A stretch of DNA of 64,000 nucleotides from Lama glama (lineage: Eukaryota): assembly GCA_028534125.1 (NCBI GenBank), contig CM052817.1, positions 29,824,001 through 29,888,000 of the forward strand. The letters run 5' to 3'. Position 1 is the stretch's first letter. The number at the start of each line of letters is the position of its first letter. The notes under the pieces are model-generated. The model saw nothing but the letters and a program-made list of their open reading frames with translations, was not told the DNA's origin and did not search any database. The position numbers were made by a program, and so were the translations under genes. This document shows, piece after piece, positions 14,301 to 26,100 of this stretch.

Positions 14301-14722
14301 ACAAGTAAACATGGAAATACTTGAACTACTTCCAGTATTTAGAGTTGATTTCATAATAGAGTGTCCACAGGGGTTATATTCATCTTTAATTATATCTAAA
14401 ATGGCTTGAATTGCTAATCCTACATGGAGAAACACAATTTAGCTGTAAGTCATTAGACCCTACACTGATAGTCTTTAAACCAGTCAGAAAATCCACATCC
14501 TCCTTCACACTTCATGTTTCTGAACTGAACTGGAGGAGAGTTAATACACATACACACATGCACACAAAAAGAATATTCACTGCATAAAAATCCTAATCAG
14601 TAGGTAATTAATAAAAAATAAGGTATAATTAGAGTGGAAGGTATAGAAAGCAAAAGATTTGCTTTGTTGAGGGGTTATGATGCCTCTTATGTCCAATATT
14701 ATAAATATTAAATATGTCTCCA

Positions 14723-14850
14723 GGGGAGTGGGTATAGCTCAGTGGTAGAGAATATGCTTAGTATGCAAGAGGTCTTGGGTTAAATCCCCAGTATACCTTC
14801 ATTAAAAAACATTTTGGTGCATTGTAACTGACTATACTTCAATAAAGAAA
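14723..14850 (+). mobile_element. tRNA-Ala SINE head fused to an L1-type 3' tail
   Basis: GGGGAGTGGGTATAGCTCAGTGGTAGAG...GGTTAAATCCCCAGTA, then CATTGTAACTGACTATACTTCAATAAA. Degenerate TSD ATTAAATATGTCTCC (14707-14721) / ATTAAAAATGTTTTC (14851-14865). Confidence 0.88.
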
Positions 14851-15799
14851 ATTAAAAATGTTTTCTTATTAAATACCCACTCTTCTTTATACACACATGA
14901 CTATACAGTACACCATTTGTTCTTCTATGTAACTTGCATTCAGTAATTATTTGTCTGATGTCTGCTATGTAAAACATAGACATTCATCTCACAGTGTTCA
15001 ATTGTGCAGGGTAATAAGGCCAGATACCTTTTTGTGGCTTTGTATGAAACAGTGAAAACTGATAGAGATCCTGAAGACCTCCATGTTTATTGGACTGAGA
15101 ATGTTAAGATTTGAGGGATCCAAGATACACTTCTTCTCCTAAAGGAACCCAGGTGCCAGCATTGTTAATGGTCAATCTCCAAAGTCACCAAAACAAAAAC
15201 CTTCAAATTAAGGGGTTGTGTGCTCCCACCTCCCTCCTGCCAGGGTCCAGTGATCCTACATACAGGCAGCAGCTGACTACAGGGAGTCTTAGAGAGGTGG
15301 GAAGACAGAAAGAGAGGATCCCAACGTCAAAGTGGAACATGCTTGATCATCTTACAGCTAGAAGACCGGCAGCTCATAGACATGTATTTAAAGTAATAAG
15401 TTAAGAATATGAAAGTATTTGTTTCATCTCCTTGAACAAATGTAGGGGGAAAAAAAAACAGAACAGAACAGGACAAGACAAAGAAAGAAACCAAACACCT
15501 AGTCAAATTCACCCCACTAGTAAAATGGGAGGAAAGATTTATTTTCACCTGACTGAGCCATACTTCCTCTTTGGGGGAAGATTTTAAGAATAGGATGGAG
15601 AAGAAAAGCCAGAGCTAATCCCTAGCAAGCTCTCCATATGTGATGAGAAAAGGAAACTTTTGATCTCTATAAACTAAGGCTGAAAAATAAGGGAAGAAAT
15701 GAAAATAGGTAATTCTCCTAAATGAAGTACATCAAGATTTCTTTAAACCTTCAGTAATTCTCCTTTAGAAAAGCTGAACATTTGACCAGTTGTGCATAA

Positions 15800-16520
15800 T
15801 GACTGCTCCGCGCACCAGCGAACATCGTGGCTATGGCTGAGTCCCGCCTCTCTTCCTGGGAGAAGCGCCAGCAGGGATGCTGCAGGCCTCCAGAGGCTGG
15901 CACGGCCCAGCTGTGCTTTGCCCCTCCCACCAACGCGCACCCGCAGTGTTGCTTTTTCACTTTTTTTTTTTTTTTTAAATGTGGGACTCAAGCTGTTCTG
16001 TCCTACGTACACTCCCTGTCACGGCTCACAGCACACTGCAGCCCCCTGAAGCTGCCTCTAGGCAGTTGGCCTCAGCTCTCCACCCGGCTTGGGAATCCAG
16101 CCCTGGACGACCCCCACCAACTTGCGTCTAGGCCTGGGGATCGCAGGGACCCTTTGTGCCGATTTTTCTCAGTTATTTCAGCCAAATGGCCGCTGTGCAC
16201 TCCTCTGAGCCTTGGCAGTTCCCCCTCAGTCCCGTTGACCTCTCCTCTGGAGAGGGGGCGTCCCAGCATAAGCGCACTATTCCTCCTTTGTCACTCCTTC
16301 CCCGTGTGACAGGTCTCGCACTAATTTCCTTTTTCTTTTTCTTCTTTTTTTTTTCTCCTACCAGAATTTGTGAGAAATTTTGTCTTTTGAAGAAGGTGAT
16401 GTTCTGTCAAATTCAGCAGGTGTTCTGAGTGAATGGTGGGTCTGTGGACGTCTCTCTTGGTGTATTCATGGGAGAGAGTGAGCTAAGAGCCTCCTTCTAC
16501 TCCGCTATCTTGGCTACTCC
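15800..16520 (-). mobile_element. Orphan CpG-rich L1 5'UTR (promoter region), 3'-truncated
   Basis: Minus strand starts GGAGTAGCCAAGATAGCGGAGTAGAAGGAGGCTCTTAGCTCACTCTCTCCCATGAATACACCAAG, a typical laurasiatherian L1 5' end with a degenerate YY1 site. It is the most GC/CpG-rich segment of the window, and no ORF1 follows. Confidence 0.8.
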
Positions 16521-16655
16521 AGCACCTCACTTAATGTTAATTACATCTTTTTATATGTTCTCAGATGATACATTGTGTTACCACGGGTATCTGAGAAACC
16601 CGTGGGTATCATTAAAAGCAGTTGTTTTTTTCTTTCTTTGATGTATTGCTAAAGT

Positions 16656-16965
16656 CTGCACTGTCTAATACAGTAGCCACTAGCCGTGTGGCTAATCAGC
16701 ATATAAAATATGACTTGTGTAAATTGAGATGTGCTGTAAAAAGAAAAGCAAAAGACAAACAGAAACACCAGGTTTCAAATGCTTGGTACAAAAAAAAACT
16801 GTATCTCATTCATACATTATATATTGGTATTTCATATAAAGTTTTGAATATAAGGACTGGTGTGTAAATGTCATTAAAATAGGCTCATCTGATTTTCTTT
16901 CCTTTTGTTTAAGCATAGTTACTAAAAATTATTTGGCTTACATTATACTCTCTTGTATAGGACTG
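16656..16965. mobile_element. MER33-like hAT-Charlie DNA transposon
   Basis: CTGTCTAATACAGTAGCCACTAGCC...AATTGAGATGTGCTGTAA...ACACCAGGTTTCAAATGCTTGGTA...GGCTTACATTATA follows the recalled MER33 consensus over ~310 bp. Confidence 0.8.
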
Positions 16966-17825
16966 CTCTAACAAAAGTTGATACTATCTTTTCTGTTTTG
17001 CACCCTTTAGAGAGATCCTTGTGGTAAAACATAATGCTCAATTCTGTATCTATGCATGTAGAAATTGTCTTTGCATAGAAAATAGCCAAGGAAATGTTAT
17101 GATCTAAGCATATCTGCATTTATTTATGTCCTTAAATGGTACTGGTAGATTAGACAAGCATGATTTCCTTTACAGAAGCATTTGCAGTTCTTCAAGTAGG
17201 AAGCTTACTGAAGTGGACACAGATCTAAGTCTTATTATGCATTCTATAGCCTGTCATTTAAGGACATGATGCATACTGGTTTATAGTTCCCCAGGGCCTA
17301 TTTCAGTCTTTCATTTAAAATGATTCAAATTAATCCAGACCAATCTAATACATATTGGTTACATTTTTCACAATTTTCAATGGCAATTTGCCAGACCCTG
17401 CTGAAGTGAGTTTCTCTTTTGCTTATTATCAATCAAGAATAAATGATGCAAAAGGTGCATAGGGATAAGGAATAAGTGAATAGAAATCGTTAGCTGGCAT
17501 CTCCCTCGGTCCTTCAAGGAGGCAGAGTGGAAGCTAGCCAAGTACTAAGGCCATATCAGCTTTCATAGGTCTCAGAGATCTTCTTACAGATATGTGAGGC
17601 AACCCTATAGGAACTGATTTTCAAGTTCTATTTCTAGGATGCTATAAAGTTTATACATTTTGGAAAAATGTTCATATGTTCATAGCAAATATAAGCCCCT
17701 CTTTTGTATATGGCAATGTGGTAGATTAAAAACTACAGTTACGGAATTCACAAAAGTAAAAGTTCAATTGCAACATTAACCACATTTGTTCACTATATTC
17801 CTAGACTAGACTACTTAGGGCACTG

Positions 17826-20745
17826 TAGTTGTTTCAGATTGGCTTCTTTTGCTAAGTGATATGCATTAAAGATTCCTCCATGTCTTTTTGTGGCCTAATA
17901 GCTTATTTTTGTTTTATCACTGAATGGTATTCATTTGATGGATTTGATTTATCCATTCACTTATTGAGTGATATCTTGGTTATATCCTGAGTATTATGGG
18001 TAAAACTGCTATACACATTACAAGTAGGCTTTTTTTGTGGACACTAATTTTCAGCTCATTTGGGTAAATATCTAGGAGAGCAATGTTTGTATCATATGCT
18101 AAGAATATGTCTAGCTTTGTAGAAAAAGTGCCAAATTTTCTTCCAAAGTGACTGTATCATTTTGCATTCCCACCGGGAGTGAATTAGAGTCCCTGTTGTT
18201 CCACATCCTTGTCAACATATTGAGCATCTTTACATATGCACATTTGCCATCTGTGTATCTTAATTATTGAGGTGTCTCTTCAGATATTTTTACAGATTTT
18301 TTTCAATTTTCCTGTTTTCAATTTAATTGCTTTCCTACTTTAATTACACTGATTTCTGCTTTATTTTTTATTTCTTCTGTTTGTTCTAAGCTTAAATTGG
18401 ACTCCTTTCCCTAGTTTCCTAACAGCTTAAATGATTGATTTTAGATTTTTATTCATTTCTAGTATATGCATTTAATGATATAAATTTCCCTCTAAGCAAT
18501 ACTTTTGCTGATCCAAAATTTGACTTGAAAATACCTTCATTGTGTTCAATGTATTTTAATAATTTCTCTTAAGATTTCTTCTTTGAGCCACATGTGATTA
18601 AGAAGTGTGTTGTTTAATTTTCAAAATATTTTGGGGTTTTTTTTCTAGCTATATTTCTGTTATTGATTTCCAGTTTAATTCCACTGAGGTCTGACAGCAT
18701 TCTTTGTATGATCTATTCTTTTACTTTTTTTACTGTATTTTATAGCTCTGATATCGAGTGTCTTGGTAAATGTTCCGTGTGAACTTGAGAAGAATATGTA
18801 TTTTGCTGTCGTTGAGTATTCTTTAAATGTCAGTTAGATCCAGCTGCCTGATGATACTGTTCAAGTCAACCATACCCTTATTAATTTTTAGCAGGATTTA
18901 TTTATCAATTACTGAAAGATAGATGTTGAAATCTCCAAGTATACTAGCATAATTTTTCTATTTCTCTTTGCTGTTCTATCATTTTCTCACATATTATGAT
19001 GTTCTGTGGTTAGATATATACATGTTAAAGTTGTTATGTGGTTTAGAGAATTGATTATTTTGTCGTCATGATATTCCTCTCTATCTATGATGTTTCCTTG
19101 TTCTGAAATCTGCCTTAATTGAAATTGGTAAAAATAGTCCAGCTTTCTTTTGATTCATTTTAGCATCGTTATGTCTTTCTCCATCCCTTATCTTTTAACT
19201 GATACGTGCCTTCATATTTAGAGTGGGTTTCTTAAAAATCACGTATAGTTCATTTTTTAAAATACTCTGGCAGTCTTTGTTTTTTAATGGGTATACTTAG
19301 ACCATTCACATTTAAAGTTATTACTGATATGGTTAAGTTAATATTTACCATATTTGTAGCTTTTCTATTCCTCACACTTATAATTTGTTTCTTTTATTTT
19401 CTTCCCTTCTTTTTCTCTCTTCTCTGATTACTTGATCATTTTACGTTATTCCATTTTCTCTCTTCTAAGAATGTAAATTACACTTCTTTTAAACGTTTTT
19501 TTAGTGATTGCCCTAGAGTTTGCAATAAACAGACTAATCCAAGTCCAATTTCAAATGAAACTATATAGCTCATGGATAATGGAAACACCATATATCAGAT
19601 TAATTCCAATTTCCCCTTCCTGTCCTTTGTGAAATAGGTGTCTTTCATTTAGCTTATGTATATCCTATAATCACTCAATACATTGTTACTATTATTACTG
19701 TAAAAAGTTATCTATTGGATCATTTAAAAATAAAAAATTATAGTTTACTTTCATTTATTCTTTCTCTAGTGTTCCTCTTTTCTTTGCCCAGATTTATTTA
19801 CCAAGTTTCTGATCTGTATCTTTTTTCTTCTTTCCCAAAGAACTTCTTTTAAAATTTCTTGCTGCTAATTGTGTCTACTGGTCATTACTTCCCTCAGTAT
19901 TTATTTGTCTGAGAAATTCTTTATTTCTTCTTCATTTTTTGAAGAATAATATCATTGAGTGTAGAAAACTGGTAGTTTTTTTCCCCATTATTTTCAGCAT
20001 TTTACTCTACTCTTTTCTTGCTCTCAAAGTTTCTGATGAGAAATCTGCTACAATTCATGTCTTTGTTCCCCTCTAGCTAAGTTGTATTTTTCTTCTGACT
20101 TCTTTTAGTAGTTTCTCTTTTTTTTTTTTCACTGGAGTTTGGGTATGATATGCTAGATATAGATTTTTTGGTCTTTATTCCATTGGTGTTCTCTGAGCTT
20201 CCTGGAACAGTGCTTTGGTGTCTGTTGTTAATATTGGAACATTCTCAGGTATGACTATATGAAATATTTCTTTTCTATTCTCTGTCTGTTCTTCTCTGCT
20301 ATTGCAACTGAATGTCTATTGCATCTTTTAAAGTTGTACCACAGCACATTTTTGAATATTCTGGGGTTTTTTTGTTAATTTTTATTTTTGTCAAATTTCA
20401 GTTTGGGAAGTTTATAGTGACGTATCTTCATATTCCCTGACTTCTTTCTCAGTTGTATTTAGTTTTCTAATAAGCCTATCAAAGGCACTTTTCATATCTG
20501 TTACAGTGCTTTTGATTTCCGGCATTTTCTTGGAGTACCCATCTCTTTGTTTACACTACTCACCTATTCTTGTACACTGTCTACTTTTTTGCTTAGAGCT
20601 CCAAACATATTAATTCTATTTATTTTAAATTTTCTGATAATTCCAAATCTGTTATTTCTGACTCTGTTTTGTATCTTCAGACTGTATTTTTTTATATTTT
20701 TTAATCATACCTTGAATTTTTTATTGCTGTTGTTGTTAAAAGCTA
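17826..20745 (-). mobile_element. Old L1 (L1MC/L1MD class): ORF2 3' end joined to ORF2 5'/ORF1 region, internally deleted
   Basis: TTTCAGATTGGCTTCTTT...TTTTGCATTCCCACC (ORF2 end) then antisense EN/ORF1-type sequence (AAATTTCCCTCTAAGCA, GAACTTGAGAAGAATATGTATT, CCATTCACATTTAAAGT, TTGTCTGAGAAA). Confidence 0.8.
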
Positions 20746-20811
20746 CACTAGGCAATGCCAGTAATTGCAGCTTATTATGAATGTAATTACAGCATGATTT
20801 GAAAGAAAGAA

Positions 20812-20985
20812 AACATTTACTGAACATTTACTGTGTAATCAGCTCTCTTAAACAATGCATTTGTGTTGTCTTATTCAATATTCAAAGCAAATTATTATCT
20901 TCCTTCTACACATAAGGAAAATACAGTTCTAAAATACCAAATACCAGTACAGCTAGTGAACAATGCAATCTAGATTGAATAATTC
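20812..20985 (-). mobile_element. MIR fragment
   Basis: AACATTTACTGAACATTTACTGTGT...TACACATAAGGAAAA...CAGCTAGTGAA, degenerate antisense MIR. Confidence 0.55.
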
Positions 20986-21954
20986 TATATGACTATATGG
21001 CATTTATTTCTAAAATGTATTTTACAATAAATCAACATAGTCTCAGTTTTAGAGAAAAACAAACACATATTTTTGTAAGGCAGGATTTCAAAGGCTAAAT
21101 TAATAAAGGGTGATGACATTAAATATATCAAAATTACTTCCTAAAATTAAAAAAAAGCCACAATAATGGATTTTGACCACGTCAAACCTACTAGAAATAA
21201 AACTTTAAAGAAAAATCTAAACTTTTAATATTTATAAGAAAATAATGAATATAATGAATGCTTGTATATTTATTATTTTTACAAATCCTAAAACTGAATT
21301 ATGGCATTTGGGAAAATGTTGAATTACCAAGCTGTGGAAAGTAAAAGGAAAACAAAAACATCATCCTAAAGTTTCATGGGAATATTTATTATGTCTAGTA
21401 GTCAACATCTCTTTGTTCATTTTTTTTTTGATACTTTAAATATTTTTAACATTTGTGTGACCCAAAGCCCACCAAACCTGAGCATTTTCTTTTCCCACAA
21501 TTACCAGATAGCTTTATTTCCAGAAAATAGGAATATACTGGAGTTGAAAAATTATTGATGTCACCAAGCAAAATAGATGTTAATATAGGAAAAATCTGAT
21601 GCTATATTGATTTATTTTTTGATTATTTATTTACTAAGCAAAGAAGTAATTAAGAAGCTGTTTAGTAACAAAACCTAGTCCTGGACTGCAATATTTAAAC
21701 TCTTCAGCTTTTCAGTATTATTTCAATTTTTAAATTTGATTTTCCAAATGACACATACTTTCCAAATGGCACAGGTAAATACTGTAGTAATTCACTTGGG
21801 TGAACAATGTAGACTAGAATGGGCATATAAAACTATCAACTTTGAGTGACATATTAAGGGAATTGGAAAGTAACCTGTATAATGTGAGATACTTTTTAAG
21901 TGTTCTGGACAGGAGGATGACATAATAAACATGAAAACATGATATCACATAAAT

Positions 21955-22200
21955 ATTAACCTGGCAGGACTGTTCAAGATGGATTAGAGGCAGCAAGAAT
22001 GAAAGCAAGAGGGCAGAACATAGATCTGATGTGATCCAGGCTTCCAATGATAGACTTGAACTAGGCTAGTACAAATATGAAGGAATACAATTGGAATGCA
22101 TGTAAAGCAGTCCTGGTAACTGGATTTTCGGATGAAAGTGAGAAAGAAGAAAATTTATAAGTTTGGATTAGTGGGAGAATTATGTTTTACCTCAATGGAC
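21955..22200 (-). mobile_element. L2 fragment
   Basis: CTGGCAGGACTGTTCAAGATGGATTAGAGG...GTGATCCAGGC...ATGATAGACTTGAACTAGG resembles antisense L2. Confidence 0.6.
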
Positions 22201-23754
22201 TGGAACACAGATAGATTCCTATCCAGAAGAACAACACAACCCTTTCTATCAGAGTAAGATGTGGGTAGGTGTGTATATTTACTCACAATAAAATGCAAAC
22301 CTAGTAAAAATATTTGTTTTTGATATCCTTTATGTTTGACTTAAGAATGAGTCGGAGAATAGAATGCATATAAGTAGATGTTCTTCTTGACCAGATAGAC
22401 CTACCATCATGTTGGCCAGGGAAATCTCGAAAGGCAATAATTAAAATATTGTAGGACATGCCTGGAGGGGATTTTAAAAAGAACTCTAAGAAACTAAAAT
22501 CAACACTTAAAGAGAAATCATTGAACTACTCCAAAGTGTAAATTCTATCTTAAAAAAAGGTAGAAAAATACACCTAAATTTAACCAGAAGAGATCATGCC
22601 CTCTGAGCTTCTTTTTCCATTATCTTAGAGAAGAACCTACTTATCAGAATTTAAGTTTTAAGCCAATACTATATTGAGTTTAAACACTTAGCTACTTATA
22701 GGGGGAAAAAGGACTGTATCAGTGACTAATATGGAAAATTAATAATTTAAATTGGCAACAACTCATGTTTTCTGTGTCATTTCAGAAAGCCATTACAAAA
22801 AATTATTTTGAATCCTTGATAAAGAGGCAAAGATAGAAGTAAAAGATTTAGGTGCTAGAAATTGACTTTCAGTTGAAAGTCTTTAACAGATCTGTGATTC
22901 TCACTGTCGCAGTAACTGTAGCCTGTACCCATTTTTTAAATATACATTAAGGTTTTTATATGAAAGAAAAATGCATATGTGGGTTTATTTTAGTAAATAA
23001 CTCAAAAAGTTCACGTAGTTTTCTCATAATTCAGTGTTCCTGTGAAGACTTAAAATATGATTAAATGGATTTTGCCAATAGCTTGTTTAACCAACAGTGT
23101 TATTTTTCCTTGCTTCTACTCAGATTTAACATCATTAACTGATTGCATCACTTTACTGTTTAAGAAGCTGTGAATATACTTAGAATTTGGTCCAATTGAG
23201 TAGTTGTTATTGATATGAAATATGCAACTAAAGCACACATTTAGAATACATTCTATATACTTGTCAAGGAACTTTTTATTTCTCCATGTAATTTAATCAA
23301 ATATTGGCTCTATTTATTCACTGGGTGTTGAATCAGTTCCACAGCAAAACTAAGACTTAAAAGCAACAATAAAACAAGGAAAATTGATTGAGAAATTTCT
23401 AATTCTTTTGGCTACTTTAATTCACGATTTACTTAAATATTCATCCATATAGATGATTTTAGCCTATTGATTATCCTAATTATAGCTTCTAGATACTAAT
23501 GTAAATATTTAACTATTGCTAGCCTAACACTCTGAGGAGTGTATTTCAATAGAAGCTATTTTCAATATTTTTTTTAAATTTTCAAGTCTTGTTGGGATAC
23601 ACCTGGCATAGATTTATTAAAGAGGGAGCAATGGGAAGATTAACCTTCTATTCCTACACATGAAGTTCTAAATTCTCTACAGTTTGGTTTCCCACAGAAC
23701 ACTTGAAAATGTTTGTATACACTCTAAGGAAAAATATCTGTACGTGTCTAAATA

Positions 23755-23902
23755 TTGATATAGATGTAGATATGATTTATACATATATGTATATATATGA
23801 TTGTATATGTATATATACATATGTGTGTAGGTACTGTATGTATATGTGTATATATATATGTGTGTGTATATATAGAGAGAGAAAGAGTGAGAGAGAGAGA
23901 GA
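23755..23902. repeat. Compound (TA)n/(TG)n/(GA)n microsatellite
   Basis: Alternating purine-pyrimidine tract followed by a GA run, directly visible. Confidence 0.95.
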
Positions 23903-25339
23903 TCCTGTTTACTCAAGTGTCATTTTACTGATTTTTTAAAAAATTAATTAGTGACAGATTTTTTAGCTGCTTAACTCCTATTCCTCTTGGGAGACTGAAG
24001 GAAACAGACTTGTAGCTACCACCTAGGCACTGCTGTATATCCTGGAAGCCTTCAGTCTACCCTTCTGACTCACACCCACCTCATTACTCCACCCTGATTT
24101 GGGGTATATCACCGACCATCATTTTATCATACATTTAAAATATTCTCTTACAACTGTCGGTGTTTGTTCCTCTCCTGCACCAGATGAAAGCTTCTTAAGG
24201 ACAGAAATTTTCTTTTATTTATCCCCAATATTTAAAGGGAACTAATACCAAATAAAAAAAACTCAGTTTTTTGAAACTTCACACTATTTCCAGATCATTT
24301 ATAAAAACGTCTCTGATAATTTCAGCCCTCATATTTCTCTCTACAGTGTATTACCTGTTATGTGTACCATCTACTTTGGTACTTCCTTGTATATAGCATT
24401 ATGTTGTTCCCTAAATATTTTGTGTTTTCTCTTTTTACATAACGAAAATATAAACTCATGAGGTCAAAGTTCAGCTTCTTTATTCCATTCTTCCCCTAAT
24501 GTGAGCAGTACTATTCATACTGATGTTCAATAAGTAGATACTAAAAGAAAAAACTTGCAATTATTTCTTTATAAAATTTGGTTTAAATTAAAAATAAAAG
24601 TGTTACACAGTAAGAAAGGAAGTGAGTAATCCATTACATGAAGAAAAGCTGAACACAAAAAATTAAGTATCTTTTTCATGACTAAGAAATATTTTATAGA
24701 GTTGGGAATAGTCTTCCAAGTTTTTGTCTGAGATTTTTATATTATAATATATATGGCATTCACAATGTCTTCTTGAATGCATCACAAAGATACAGCCTCT
24801 GAGAATAATAAAGTGGATGAAATCTATGAAAATGAAACTGAAAGTTATGATCTAAATCACAGATACATTTACAAAAAATCTAAAATTATGTTAAAAAGTA
24901 TAAGGGTGATAAAATAAATGATTATCAAAATACCTATATACTTAAACAAGAAGTCCCTTAATGAAAGATAAGTAAAGGGATTAAATGGTTTTGATTTGAT
25001 TTGATTTGATTTTGTTTGTTTATTTGTTTATTCTAAATCCCATAGACTAGTTGTCTCTTTAGACAACTAAAGACAATTAGGGAATGGAACAAGTTGGCAA
25101 AAGGAGTTAACCTGATGTAATAGATTATACTATTATTCTTCTCTTCCTCCTTGTTATAGAATTATTAGGAATGTGACTTTACATCACTTTCCATAAAAGT
25201 GGGCCGCATATATTTTTCCACCTCGTTGATGTTGGGCTTGCACTAATCTGAAGCCCGTTCTTCAGGTTGAGTAATGGAGATTTCATCCTTCATTGCAAAT
25301 TAGAACACATCACTTTAATCCCCCTGTTGCCTTCTTAAA

Positions 25340-26100
25340 GACACTGCTTCAAGCTTTTTCCTTCCTCTTGTACATTGTGGAGGTGGGGGATTGGGGGGGG
25401 GTTTGTACTTGATCATTCCAAGCAATATATAAACATGGGATTGTTTCTTCCAACTTAAAATAAATGCAGACTTTTTTCCCAGACCGTGTTATCCTGACCA
25501 GCTACCCTTTGCACCAAAGCCCCTCAAAAGAGTGTAGCATATTTAAGGTCTATAACTCTTCTTGTCCTGTTCATTTGTCAACATATTATAATCAGATCTT
25601 GTCAAGGTCACCAAAGAAATCCACTGTTGATAAACCCAATTGTCAATTCTCGTATCTTATCTTACTCAATTTTCACAGTATTTGACAAATTATCATTCCT
25701 GGTTAACATATTTCACTTGACCTGATGCCTCATATTCTTGGTTTTCGTTCAGTCTCCCTGGTTTCTTCTTCTCAGTCTCCACTGCTAATTCCTCTCTTCT
25801 CTCTTACAAGGAACATCTTAATTTTAGAGTGTCTCAGGAATCAGTAGTACTTGTGCCACTTTTCTTCTTTATCTACACTTGTTTCCCTGGTACTCTCACA
25901 AACATATGTTAATTGTCTCCAAATTTATTTCGCTAGCCTAGATTTCTATCCTAAATTCCGGATTTATATAGTCACTGATTACTCAATATTTCTACTGCAA
26001 TTTTTCATAGAAAGTTCAAATTTAGTATCCTGACAACTTACCTCCTGCTTTTTCCTTCCAAATTGTTCTACCATCAATCATTTTCATCACAGTTATTGAA
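25340..26100 (+). mobile_element. L2 fragment covering part of the RT region
   Basis: GTCAAGGTCACCAA...AAACCCAATTGTCAATTCTCGTATCTTATCTTACTC translates to KPNCQFSYLILLN, resembling L2 KSNGQFSVLILLDLS. Confidence 0.7.

Noticed and set aside
4226..16520. An ~11.6 kb inversion separating the 15800-16520 5'UTR from the 4226-9180 L1 body
   Set aside because: The geometry fits, but there is no convincing shared TSD and the 5'UTR looks younger than the body. Synteny with other camelids would be needed to revive the idea.
22786..22851. Possible coding exon after TTTTCTGTGTCATTTCAG
   Set aside because: Stop codons in all three frames before a usable donor.
23677..23939. Tyr/Ile-rich ORFs on both strands
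   Set aside because: Translation of the TA/TG microsatellite.
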